Below are positions 9,027 to 17,798 of a stretch of DNA of 32,498 bases, in pieces. Below the pieces are notes generated by a model. The model was not told where the DNA came from and did no database searches. It saw only the letters and a program-made list of their open reading frames with translations. Source of the DNA: Thermoproteota archaeon. Lineage in GTDB: Archaea > Thermoproteota > EX4484-205 > JAAOZP01. The translations under genes and the position numbers were made by a program. The stretch spans positions 1 to 32,498 of the forward strand of contig JBNAVT010000023.1 of the NCBI GenBank assembly GCA_049700215.1, given 5' to 3'. The first letter of the stretch is position 1. The number at the start of each line of letters is the position of its first letter.

Positions 9027-10313
9027 ATGGCTGACAGAACCATAGTCTACGAGTATATCAGCAGGGTCGAGGGAGAGGGCTCGCTAGAGGTTACACTCTC
9101 AGGCGGCGAGGTTATAGACGCTAAGCTGAAAATATTTGAGGCGCCAAGGTTCTTCGAAGCATTCCTGAGGGGAAGGAAGGCTCTTGAAATACCTGAACTA
9201 ACCTCCAGAATATGCGGAATATGCCCAATAGCTCACGTCATAACCGCGGCCAAGGCTGTTGAGAACGCTCTAGAAGTCTCTCTAGACGAGAAAACCATAG
9301 CGTTGAGAAAGGCGCTGGCCCTCTCCGGAATAATGCAGAGCCACGCGCTCCACGTGTACTTCCTAGCAGCCCCCGATTTCCTCGGCTACCCGAGCGCGAT
9401 AGCAGCCTCCAAGGATCTTGCAGACGTTGTGCGCAGAGGCTTCAGGCTTAAAAGGGTTGCGAACATGGTTTCCGAATACATAGGCGGGAGGGCTGTGCAC
9501 CCAGTAACTCTTACGGTGGGAGGCTTCATCAGGCCTCCGCCTGCTGAGGGGCTCGAGAAGGTTGTCGATGCTCTTGAAAAGGCTTCAGAAGACGCTTTAG
9601 AAACAGTTAAGCTGGTTTCAGGCTTCAATTACCCTGAGTTTGAGCCTAACCATGTTAACGTTGCGCTCTCGAGTGGAGACGGATACGCGGTAACGGAGGG
9701 CTTTGCGAAAACCAGTTCCGGAGAATATTTTGAAAGCAGGGATTACCGGAGATACGTGACTGAGGAGCAGGTTCCCTATTCAAACACTAAGAGATCGATG
9801 TTTAGAAACAATAGCGCCTTCGAAGTAGGCCCGGTTTCAAGGTTCAATCTCAACTATGAGTCGCTTTGCGACAGAGCTAAGGAGGCTGCTGAAAAAGCTG
9901 GCCTAAAGCCGCCTGTGAGGAACCCGTTTAAGTCAACGATCGTCAGGGCTGTTGAGATAGTGCAGGCGATAGAGGAGATGAGAAACATACTGAGGGAGGG
10001 GGTGAGCGTCCCGCCTCCTAGGAAAACCAGGTTCCGCCAGAGCAGTGGGTCAGCGTTGACTGAAGCACCCCGGGGACTATTATACCACTCTTACTCTATC
10101 GACAGGGACGGCAATGTTCTGAACGCTGACATCGTTACCCCGACTGCCCACAATTCTTGGAGAATAGAGAGGGATGTTTTTGAACTAGTCCCCTCAGTAG
10201 CTCACTTGGATGACGATTCTCTAAGAAGGCTGCTCGGCATGCTTGTGAGAGCTTATGATCCATGCATATCCTGCTCCGTCCACGCTTTCACAGTTAAGCT
10301 CAACAGGACTTAG
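9027..10313 (+). CDS. hydA: Group 3b hydrogenase large (alpha) subunit
   Basis: SRVEGEG, EAPRFFE, RICGICP, EAPRG, DPCISCSVH plus a 9-aa extension. Confidence 0.95.
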   Translation: MADRTIVYEYISRVEGEGSLEVTLSGGEVIDAKLKIFEAPRFFEAFLRGRKALEIPELTSRICGICPIAHVITAAKAVENALEVSLDEKTIALRKALALSGIMQSHALHVYFLAAPDFLGYPSAIAASKDLADVVRRGFRLKRVANMVSEYIGGRAVHPVTLTVGGFIRPPPAEGLEKVVDALEKASEDALETVKLVSGFNYPEFEPNHVNVALSSGDGYAVTEGFAKTSSGEYFESRDYRRYVTEEQVPYSNTKRSMFRNNSAFEVGPVSRFNLNYESLCDRAKEAAEKAGLKPPVRNPFKSTIVRAVEIVQAIEEMRNILREGVSVPPPRKTRFRQSSGSALTEAPRGLLYHSYSIDRDGNVLNADIVTPTAHNSWRIERDVFELVPSVAHLDDDSLRRLLGMLVRAYDPCISCSVHAFTVKLNRT

Positions 10314-10335
10314 GGCTCAGAAGCTCTTTAAGCCT

Positions 10336-10860
10336 CTACTCTCCCCTTCTTTTTAAAAGACCTGTAAACGCAGCGGCTTCACGTATGGCTTCAGCCACCT
10401 TATTGACACTCTTAAGGCATTCCTCGGAAACCGTTGAGCCGAGTTCAAATTTCTCCACGCCTATTCCAAGTATTTTTACGCTTGTTTCCACAGGCTTCCC
10501 TAAAGCCTCTAGAAGCAGGGGGAGCGGTATCGCGTGCGTTGAAACCGGTTTCTGTGGCTCCAGGTCGGCAGGGTCCAGGAGCATCAGCCTACTCCCGTCT
10601 GGAAAAGCGTCCACAATAAGCAGGTGAGAAGGCTTCTCCCCGAAAGCGTAGTCGATGCAGTCTTCAACCGTAGCCCCGCATTCAACAGCCTCAAACCTTT
10701 CGCCGTTGAAAGTCTTAAGAGTCCTGGCTACCAGCAGCCCAGCGGCGTCCTCACCCCTAAGCTCGTTCCCAACACCTAGGACAATAAGCTTCTCCGCCCC
10801 GGCCAGCCACCCCCTTAAGGCACGTTCAACCAGCTCGTACTGAGAACCCTTATCCCGCAT
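10336..10860 (-). CDS. Hydrogenase maturation endopeptidase (HycI/HybD family)
   Basis: LGVGNELRGEDAAG, IVDA and STH motifs; convergent with hydA. Confidence 0.88.
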   Translation of the reverse strand: MRDKGSQYELVERALRGWLAGAEKLIVLGVGNELRGEDAAGLLVARTLKTFNGERFEAVECGATVEDCIDYAFGEKPSHLLIVDAFPDGSRLMLLDPADLEPQKPVSTHAIPLPLLLEALGKPVETSVKILGIGVEKFELGSTVSEECLKSVNKVAEAIREAAAFTGLLKRRGE

Positions 10861-10940
10861 GAACAGGGTTTGAAAGCCTTAGGAGGCTTATTAGTGTTCC
10901 GCGTAAAAGCTATATATTTTAGAAGTGTTTTTAAAACGGG

Positions 10941-11216
10941 TTGAGTGAGGAAAAGGTTTACGTGGGGAACGTGAGGCACTTCTTCCCGAGGATTAGCGTG
11001 GCCATAGTTGACCTAGTCGGGGAGCTTAAGACTGGTGACGAGATACTTATTCAGGGCAGGACGACAAGCCTCAGGCAGAGGGTTGAATCAATGGAGATAG
11101 AGCATAAGAGGGTTGAGGTTGCTCCGGCAGGCAGCTCAATAGGCTTGAAGACTGTTGAGAGAGTTAGAGAGGGGGACAGCGTGTACGTGGTTAAGACTTC
11201 AGCCCAAGCTCCCTAA
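10941..11216 (+). CDS. Small translation-factor-type beta-barrel protein (EF-Tu domain II / U32 C-terminal-like)
   Basis: VGNVRHFFPRISVA..LKTGD..G.TT..QRVESMEIEH..V..A..G..IG pattern. TATA at about 10910 suggests a leaderless TTG start. Confidence 0.8.
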   Translation: MSEEKVYVGNVRHFFPRISVAIVDLVGELKTGDEILIQGRTTSLRQRVESMEIEHKRVEVAPAGSSIGLKTVERVREGDSVYVVKTSAQAP

Positions 11217-12147
11217 GCCTCGCATCAATACTCAGCTTAACAGCCTCCCTGCTCGTGTGCCTCGGCCTCCAGCCGGTTGCTTTAATCCTACTTATATCCA
11301 GGTTCATGAGCTTAACATCGCCAATCCAGCCCCTGCCGTCTCCAACGCCCCCGGTGAAAACCTTCTCAACGCTGCTTAGCCCCATTGATTCTATAACCAT
11401 GTCGGCGATCTCGGATACGGTAACCCAATCATCAGAGCCAATGTTGTAAACCTCGTAGCCAGGGGCTTCGACAAGCTTTGAAACGTGGAGAACAGCTTCA
11501 ACACAGTCGCCAACCCAAATATACGACTTCCTCTGCGAACCGTCACCAAGGATTTCAAGCCTCCCAGGGTTCTGCAGAAGCTTATTGATGAAGTCATGTA
11601 TCACCCCATGCGTAAGCCTTGGGCCGACGACGTTTGCAAGCCTTAGGGAAACACCCGTCATTCCAAAAGTGTAGCAGTAGGATGAAACAAGGCCCTCGGC
11701 TGCGAGCTTAGCAGCCCCGTACATGGAGATGGGTTTCAGGAGGCCGTAGTCCTCCGGCGTAGGGATCCTGGAAGCATCACCATAGACTGTCGAGGAGGAT
11801 GCGAAAACAAACATTCTCACACCCGCCTTCCTAGCGTATTCAAGCATGTTGAAGGTCGCTACAACGTTCTCCTGGAAATGGATGGAGGGAGAGGTTTCCC
11901 TGACATCAGGGTTCGCGGCGAAGTGGAAAACATACTCGACACTGCCCTCCTCGCTCAGAAGGTCGACAGTCTTAGCGTCCCCAATTATGATTCTCAATCT
12001 TCCTGTTTTAAAGGCATTCACAATATTTTCAAACCGGCCTGTTGAAAAATTGTCTAAAACAGTAACGTTCCAACCCTCTTCAACAAGCCTGTCAACAAGG
12101 TGGCTGCCGATGAAGCCTGCGCCGCCAGTCACTAAGGCGGAAGGCAT
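11191..12147 (-). CDS. NAD-dependent epimerase/dehydratase (UDP-glucose 4-epimerase-like)
   Basis: GGAGFIGSH Rossmann motif, ASSSTVYG and YGAAK catalytic motif. Confidence 0.92.
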   Translation of the reverse strand: MPSALVTGGAGFIGSHLVDRLVEEGWNVTVLDNFSTGRFENIVNAFKTGRLRIIIGDAKTVDLLSEEGSVEYVFHFAANPDVRETSPSIHFQENVVATFNMLEYARKAGVRMFVFASSSTVYGDASRIPTPEDYGLLKPISMYGAAKLAAEGLVSSYCYTFGMTGVSLRLANVVGPRLTHGVIHDFINKLLQNPGRLEILGDGSQRKSYIWVGDCVEAVLHVSKLVEAPGYEVYNIGSDDWVTVSEIADMVIESMGLSSVEKVFTGGVGDGRGWIGDVKLMNLDISRIKATGWRPRHTSREAVKLSIDARLRELGLKS

Positions 12148-12153
12148 TCCAAA

Positions 12154-13398
12154 TCACCCTAGGAGCGTTGCTGAAACCCCTGGGCCCACGCCGGTCGTGA
12201 AAACGCTCTGCGCCCCGGCTCTCCGGAAAGCCTCCTCAACCCTGGGCGCGTCATCCATATTCCTCACGAGGGCGAGCAGCGAGCCCCCCATGCCTGCACC
12301 CGATATTTTAACCCCGAGGGCCCCAGCCTCCAGCGCAGAGTCGCGCATAGCTTCAAGCTTCTCATGGCTAACCTCGTATAGGTCCCTGAGCAGGATGTGC
12401 TGCAGGTTAACTATCTCCCCGAGAGCGTGAAGCCAGTTTTCAACGGGTTTCAAGCCCAGCCTCTCCAAATCTTGCCTGCTAACCACCCTGTACTTAAGGA
12501 TTTGAAGCGCAACCTCCGTGGAGGCCTGCATCCTTAGGGTGAACAGGACTCTTGAGGCGAGCCTCGGCGGGACAACGCTCAGCAGGTCTTTCAAATTCTC
12601 CTCCTTAATCATTCTCCAATCGACGCTGGCGAAGCCTCCCTCAAGCATTCTCGAAAGCGGGCTGCGCGAAACCTCCCTCAGCATTTTTAATGCAGCATTA
12701 AGCTCAGACTGCCTAACAGGGTGTATTTCAGCCGTGCTATGCCTGACACCCGAGTCAGCCACGGTGAAGAAGATTCCTTCACCGTCAAATTCCTCAACGC
12801 TTATGCTCGGCTTAAAGTCAAGCTTTATTATCCCCCCGTAGGAGGCAGCATACTGGTCGAGCCTCCCGCAGGGAATTCCCATGACGTTGTGCTCAGCCTC
12901 GTACGCGAGCTCAGCCAGCTCCATCCTGCTTAAACCAAGGCCTAAAAGCTCCGAGTACATCGCAGCCAGGGAAACGTGGAGCGCAGCGCTGCTCGCCAAG
13001 CCTGAGGCGACAGGCACCTCGCTGTCAACATATATCGCTAAGCCAGTCTCAACCCTACCGTACTTCTGCGAGACAAGCCCGTGAATAGAGCGGAAATAAT
13101 CGCCGAACCACTTCCCCTTCAAAAGCTCAACCCCGCCCGATTGGAAAAAATCCTCACTCTCAACACCCTCCCTCTCAAGAGTTAAAGACTTAACCCTAAC
13201 AACACCATGCTTACTCAGCCTCGAGCAAGCCACGAAAGTTCTTTTCCAAATGGCTGCTGGAACAACGGGAAGCATCTTATAATCCTGATGCGTATTAAGA
13301 AAGTCGCAACGAGCAGGGGCTGAAGAAAAACACGTTACGTTCCCGTTTTCAGCCTTAGCCCTTTCGCAAACCTTTTTTGCAAGCCCGTTCAGCTGCAT
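12154..13398 (-). CDS. GHMP sugar kinase, galactokinase-like
   Basis: APARCDFLNTHQDY, PVASGLASSAA, CGRLDQ and KISGAGMGG motifs; 6 nt upstream of the epimerase. Confidence 0.88.
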   Translation of the reverse strand: MQLNGLAKKVCERAKAENGNVTCFSSAPARCDFLNTHQDYKMLPVVPAAIWKRTFVACSRLSKHGVVRVKSLTLEREGVESEDFFQSGGVELLKGKWFGDYFRSIHGLVSQKYGRVETGLAIYVDSEVPVASGLASSAALHVSLAAMYSELLGLGLSRMELAELAYEAEHNVMGIPCGRLDQYAASYGGIIKLDFKPSISVEEFDGEGIFFTVADSGVRHSTAEIHPVRQSELNAALKMLREVSRSPLSRMLEGGFASVDWRMIKEENLKDLLSVVPPRLASRVLFTLRMQASTEVALQILKYRVVSRQDLERLGLKPVENWLHALGEIVNLQHILLRDLYEVSHEKLEAMRDSALEAGALGVKISGAGMGGSLLALVRNMDDAPRVEEAFRRAGAQSVFTTGVGPGVSATLLG

Positions 13399-13953
13399 CG
13401 AAATTGTTCCGAACTAATTGGTTTTAAGCTTTTTGCAGACAAATCTTCAATAACCATTTTCATAAATGCTTGAAGCAGCATGATTCGCCGGATTCTTAGT
13501 AGTGTTTTAGCAACGACAAATTATGAGAACATGGTGATTAAATGAGAACAGATGCTGAAAGCAACTGACAGAGTTTTCAACAAGGGATAAATGAACAGCG
13601 CGCTTCTGGCCAATCTTTCCCCCAAGCTTCCCAAGAGCTGCATCTAAACCATGGATCATCAAGTCTACAATTTCCGGCAGATATTTGAAACACCTGCGAA
13701 ACATAAACAGAGAGTAGTGCTCGCGCGCAGGCTCCTCATTCCACCAGTGTGCTTCTCCAAGCTCATCTCCACCGTTTCTCATGCATCTCAAGGATTTCTT
13801 TCTCGACAACCTCCCTCTTGTTACGGACTTTTGGAGGCATCCATATAGTAACTACATATCCTCCCATTTCCTCTACCTACCTAATATATCTCCATCCCTG
13901 CCTAAATAAGCATACATGCAATCATAACTACGGCATGTAAGACTCTCACATGC

Positions 13954-14319
13954 TTAGACTATTCTGAAGCCACCGATGTTAACCCTGGAGAACGAGGCCC
14001 GCCACGAATTGGCTTCCTTCACACTGAAGCTGGGCTGTTCAAGCAGGTTCTTGTCGGAGTGGTATACTAGCGTAACGACAGGCTTCCTAAGCACGCCGCC
14101 GCCGGTCAGCTTAACCTGCTCGAGAACGTTGAGGGGTATTTCAAGCCTGATGACGGTCCTCCTGTTCCTCCTGCCCACGTACTCCTCGAAGAGTATTCTG
14201 TGTGTTGTCAACACCAGCATGCCTTTCAACGGGGCCTCCAGGAAGGTTGATCCCCCGATGAACCTCGCAGGCCCCTCGTAAACAAGGCTTTCACCCATTG
14301 GAAGCTTCCTCTCAGACAC
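13954..14319 (-). CDS. Hypothetical protein, PH/GRAM-like fold
   Basis: 121 aa, GTG start with GGTGGAGGA RBS. GMLVLTTHRILF...IPL..L..V pattern and W near the C-terminal helix. Confidence 0.65.
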   Translation of the reverse strand: MSERKLPMGESLVYEGPARFIGGSTFLEAPLKGMLVLTTHRILFEEYVGRRNRRTVIRLEIPLNVLEQVKLTGGGVLRKPVVTLVYHSDKNLLEQPSFSVKEANSWRASFSRVNIGGFRIV

Positions 14320-14465
14320 TCCTCCACCACCCCGTTCCCAACTCTTTCAACGTTTAAGGCATTTAGAGGGAGGTTTTAACTTTTTACCAGGATGGTTTAA
14401 ACCTTGAGAACCCTGCGCGTAAAAACATATCTATATCCTAGCACGTAGCTTAAACAGGGGTAGTC

Positions 14466-15038
14466 TTGTCGGAAAGCGGGGAGGAGGAGACTCAGAGGCT
14501 AGCTGAACTAAAGAAATACTTGACTGAGAAGAAAGCCGAGCTTGAAGAAGAGCTTGAAAAGCTTGACAGCCTGATGCAGGTTGTAGACGATCTTCTAGCT
14601 TCCAAGAGCTTTAAAACAGGGGTTGAGGCGATGAAGAAGGCTGAGGCTGAGGCGGTTGTTCAAAAGATTGAACTCACCTATAAGAATACTAAGGTGGGAG
14701 AAATAGAGGTCTACCAGACTTACGCCAGAGTCATGCCACTACCTGAGCTCAAGCTGAGCACAGCAGTCTCCCCTTTTGAAGCCTTCCTAGTGAGAAAAGT
14801 CTTGGAGCCCATGAGGGAGAGGGATGTAGAGCGAGCTGCTAAAAACGAGCTTAGGCCAGACCAAATGTTCTCGTACGACATCTTGGAGGAAAACGGCTTG
14901 CTGAAGGCTATTATCCTTAGAAACTTCAGGGATAAGATAAGGTTGAAGGAGCTTGCGAACTCTATCGCATGGACGTTTTTCAGGATGGCTGAGAAGGAGC
15001 AGCGGGTTAGCGGCTCTCCGGGAGAAAGCGGGCCGTAA
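14466..15038 (+). CDS. Hypothetical protein with N-terminal coiled coil
   Basis: 190 aa, host-like codon usage, TATA-like element about 35 nt upstream of a TTG start, heptad E/K/L-rich N-terminus. Confidence 0.75.
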   Translation: MSESGEEETQRLAELKKYLTEKKAELEEELEKLDSLMQVVDDLLASKSFKTGVEAMKKAEAEAVVQKIELTYKNTKVGEIEVYQTYARVMPLPELKLSTAVSPFEAFLVRKVLEPMRERDVERAAKNELRPDQMFSYDILEENGLLKAIILRNFRDKIRLKELANSIAWTFFRMAEKEQRVSGSPGESGP

Positions 15039-15093
15039 GCGTAAGCCTAACATGCAGGGGATTTAACGTTCCACACTAGTCTCTCCACCGGCC

Positions 15094-15735
15094 TTACGTA
15101 TACCTGGGAGAGCCTAGTTCCATTCTCCTTACACCACCGTTCGGAGACGTTTCCTCAAAGACGATCGCCTCAAACCTGTAGACCCTAGTTTTTGCGTCAA
15201 GCCAGCAGCCCGCTGGTAAACCCGCTTTAATACAGGTGTATGAGAGGAAGGTTTCCGGATCCCAGTTCTCCTCCACAGCAACCTGGGGTAGCAGGAGGCC
15301 CCTGTTGAAGCCGCGTTCAACAATAAGCCCGTCCCTGCCTATCCTGACTTCTCTCGGAAGCATCCTTCTGTCCCTAACTTCTAAAAGCCTTGGAGGAGTC
15401 AAGACACTCACGTCTATCACGATCCTGCTCATTTCCTCAAGGGCTACAGGGGGGAAACGAGGATCCTCGACAGCCGCAGCAACAGCTGCCTCTATCAATG
15501 CTTCAACCAATGGCTTGACAGGCTCCGGAAAGCCGATGCAACCCCTCAGCTCCTTGCGCTCAGACCCTGCTGGGCCCGTAAGCCTGTTGAGAGTGACGAA
15601 GACTCCACAGGGCTCGTAGAAAACATCCTTAAGGCCAGCCGGAGGGCTTAACAGTGATTCATCCCTTAGATACGTTTCAACAGCTTTCCTCGCGATCCTG
15701 ACGAGAAGCATGCCATCCTCCAGAGACAGTTCCAT
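15094..15735 (-). CDS. AMMECR1-domain protein (TIGR00296-like)
   Basis: GVFVTL, LRGCIG, DPRFPP, SVLTPP, GLLLPQV and CIKAGL motifs. Confidence 0.95.
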   Translation of the reverse strand: MELSLEDGMLLVRIARKAVETYLRDESLLSPPAGLKDVFYEPCGVFVTLNRLTGPAGSERKELRGCIGFPEPVKPLVEALIEAAVAAAVEDPRFPPVALEEMSRIVIDVSVLTPPRLLEVRDRRMLPREVRIGRDGLIVERGFNRGLLLPQVAVEENWDPETFLSYTCIKAGLPAGCWLDAKTRVYRFEAIVFEETSPNGGVRRMELGSPRYT

Positions 15736-15780
15736 CAGGATTTCTTTTTCAAAAGACTGTTAAAAGGATTATGGGCGGCG

Positions 15781-16896
15781 TCAAGGCCTATCCTTCAGGG
15801 AATTCTTGTTGAAGACGAAGACCCTTATAAAGCCGGATAAAAGTATTGTAAACCAGAGAGGAGAGTACACGAAGTACAGGAAGGCGAACTTAGCCAGGTT
15901 GAACCTGAACCCCATGTCCTTGGCGACCCTGTAGTAGAATACTGTGAAAAACGCGAACGCGGCTATTAACGCTATGAGCGTCTTGGTGAAGAGAAGAAGA
16001 ATCTTGATGAACAGCCCGTAGGAGAATAGTGTTGCGAAAGGCAGTAGACCCGAGTATAGTGATGAGAGCGCGAGAACCCCTACCCATATGAGCCTGTCCT
16101 CCAGAAGAGTGTTTAGGAAGAAGGTTATGGTGAATGAGGCTAGAGAAGGGAGTACTATGAAGAGAAGCAGCAGTATTAGAGAAGGCTCCTCCCTAATTAT
16201 TTTCAAAAGCGTGCGCCAATTCTCCTTGACCCAGACGGCGGCGCCGATCCCCCATCTTACACGCTGCCTAAACCAGTCCCTCCAGCCTGATGGAGCATAG
16301 TTTACAACGCTGGGGTTCCTCACGAAGCCGAAGCGCAACCCAGCGACGTAGCTTCTAATACCGAGGTCGAAGTCATCCGGTATCTTATGCCTGAAGCCCC
16401 CTATCTTCTCGTAAGCCTGCCTCCATATCGCGAAGGCTGCACCGTTCAACCCTAGGCATTTCCCAGTCTTACTCGCGAGAATCATGCTTCCATAGTTGAA
16501 AGACATGAACTCGTAGTTCACCGTCTGAGCCAGCAGCCCTTCTCCCCCAACGGTTTTCATGAACTCGCCTATTTCAAACCCTTTCATCGCCTCCACGGCT
16601 CTGGACAGGAAGCCTTCGCCCGTTATACAAACGTCGTCATCCAGGAAGATTAGAAGGTCTCCCGAGGACTGTTTGAAAGCCTCTATAAGGGCGCTCACCC
16701 TCCCCTCCCTACTTTGACGGAAGATAGTTTTCACAGGCTGCTGCCTGAGTTTCTCAGCAACTTCGGGGCAGGGAGCATCGACGACAACCAGCACCTCCTT
16801 ATTACGGTAATCGTCTTCGACAAGCCTGTTGACAAGCTCAACAAGCCGGGGAGAACCTTTGAACGACGGTATTATTACTGATACTTTCACATCCAT
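15781..16896 (-). CDS. Membrane-bound GT2 glycosyltransferase (processive, cellulose-synthase-like motif set)
   Basis: VSVIIP, FLDDD (DxD), PDD and QRVRW (QxxRW) motifs; several C-terminal hydrophobic helices. Confidence 0.9.
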   Translation of the reverse strand: MDVKVSVIIPSFKGSPRLVELVNRLVEDDYRNKEVLVVVDAPCPEVAEKLRQQPVKTIFRQSREGRVSALIEAFKQSSGDLLIFLDDDVCITGEGFLSRAVEAMKGFEIGEFMKTVGGEGLLAQTVNYEFMSFNYGSMILASKTGKCLGLNGAAFAIWRQAYEKIGGFRHKIPDDFDLGIRSYVAGLRFGFVRNPSVVNYAPSGWRDWFRQRVRWGIGAAVWVKENWRTLLKIIREEPSLILLLLFIVLPSLASFTITFFLNTLLEDRLIWVGVLALSSLYSGLLPFATLFSYGLFIKILLLFTKTLIALIAAFAFFTVFYYRVAKDMGFRFNLAKFAFLYFVYSPLWFTILLSGFIRVFVFNKNSLKDRP

Positions 16897-17075
16897 CTCC
16901 CGACACTGCTTCAGGCTTAAACCAACTATAAGAAGATTATTAAACGTTTTTAACCCCGTTTTTCAGAATCCTCTATATAAATCTTCGTGCAGGAAATTTG
17001 CTGACTGTAAGCGTAAATTTTTCGCTTGCACATGCAATAAATTGCGTTTCCCGACACTTCTAAGCGTGGTAAGTG

Positions 17076-17572
17076 ATGCTGAGGGGAATAATTGGAAAAA
17101 TCCTGGTGTTCACGATAATACTGGTTGCAGTATCACCCGTCAAGAGCCCTATCGACACGGCTTGGCGTTCTTCAGGCCTGGATCCTAAAAGATTGTCAAG
17201 CCTAGTCGCCATAGTCATAATAGGGTTTTCAGCAACGCTCCCAATGTGTGTAGGAAGGAAGCGCCTTCCATGAAGCCTTCCATGACCCTATTATGACTTC
17301 CATGACCTACTGCCTAGTGAAGGTTGAACTCGGGATCGAGCCCCACGTGGCCTTGAAGCAATAGACTTGGAAATTTAGCGGGTCAACAGGAGCCATGGCC
17401 GGCAGGCTTCCTCTCGGAAGAAGTTTTACCGCACGCGCCGGAACGCTTCTAGAGCGACTATAATCCCAACGGGGTAGCAGTCAGGCTTAACCCTCCAGCC
17501 TCCGGATGGAGAATAACATCAATCCTGGTCTACTGCTTCACCGTAGAGAGGCTAGAAACATCCCGTCGTTGA
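17076..17572 (+). pseudogene. Patchwork of decayed gene fragments (secreted/anchored protein remnant, Lrp-like fragment)
   Basis: 17076-17273 encodes a signal-peptide-like start joined to a TM plus basic tail. 17302-17364 reads MTYCLVKVELGIEPHVA. 17441-17572 reads ERF*SDYNPNGVAVRLNPPASGWRITSILVYCF with an in-frame TAG at 17450. Confidence 0.4.
17213..17307. repeat. 14-bp perfect inverted repeat plus three CTTCCATGA direct repeats
   Basis: AGTCATAATAGGGT (17213-17226) / ACCCTATTATGACT (17285-17298). CTTCCATGA at 17265, 17277 and 17297. Confidence 0.8.
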
Positions 17573-17798
17573 ACAGCACATTCAGATAAAGATCTTCGTG
17601 CAGCATTTTATCAGGAGATGCGTTGATACTCTAAGTAGTGCAGGGATCCCCTGAATCCAAAAAGTCTGCAGCACAAGCCGTAAATAGGCCTTTTGAAAAA
17701 TCAGAAAAAACATTAGGCTTTAACCTGCAAGGCTGAAGGATGAGGTAGAAAAAGTTAAAACCTCTTTCCCAGGAAACTTACGGAAAGGTGAGCGGGGG

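Noticed and set aside
1405-10313. Selenocysteine ([NiFeSe]) versions of the hydrogenases
   Set aside because: Both L2 motifs have Cys codons (DPCLSC, DPCISC) and there is no in-frame TGA.
13507-13809. 100-aa minus-strand ORF
   Set aside because: Atypical composition, no recognisable motif, and it overlaps a more protein-like broken frame; treated as part of a decayed region.
17263-17307. Possible mini-CRISPR from the CTTCCATGA repeats
   Set aside because: Repeats are 9-11 bp with 3- and 11-nt gaps, there are no spacer-length inserts, and no cas genes are present.
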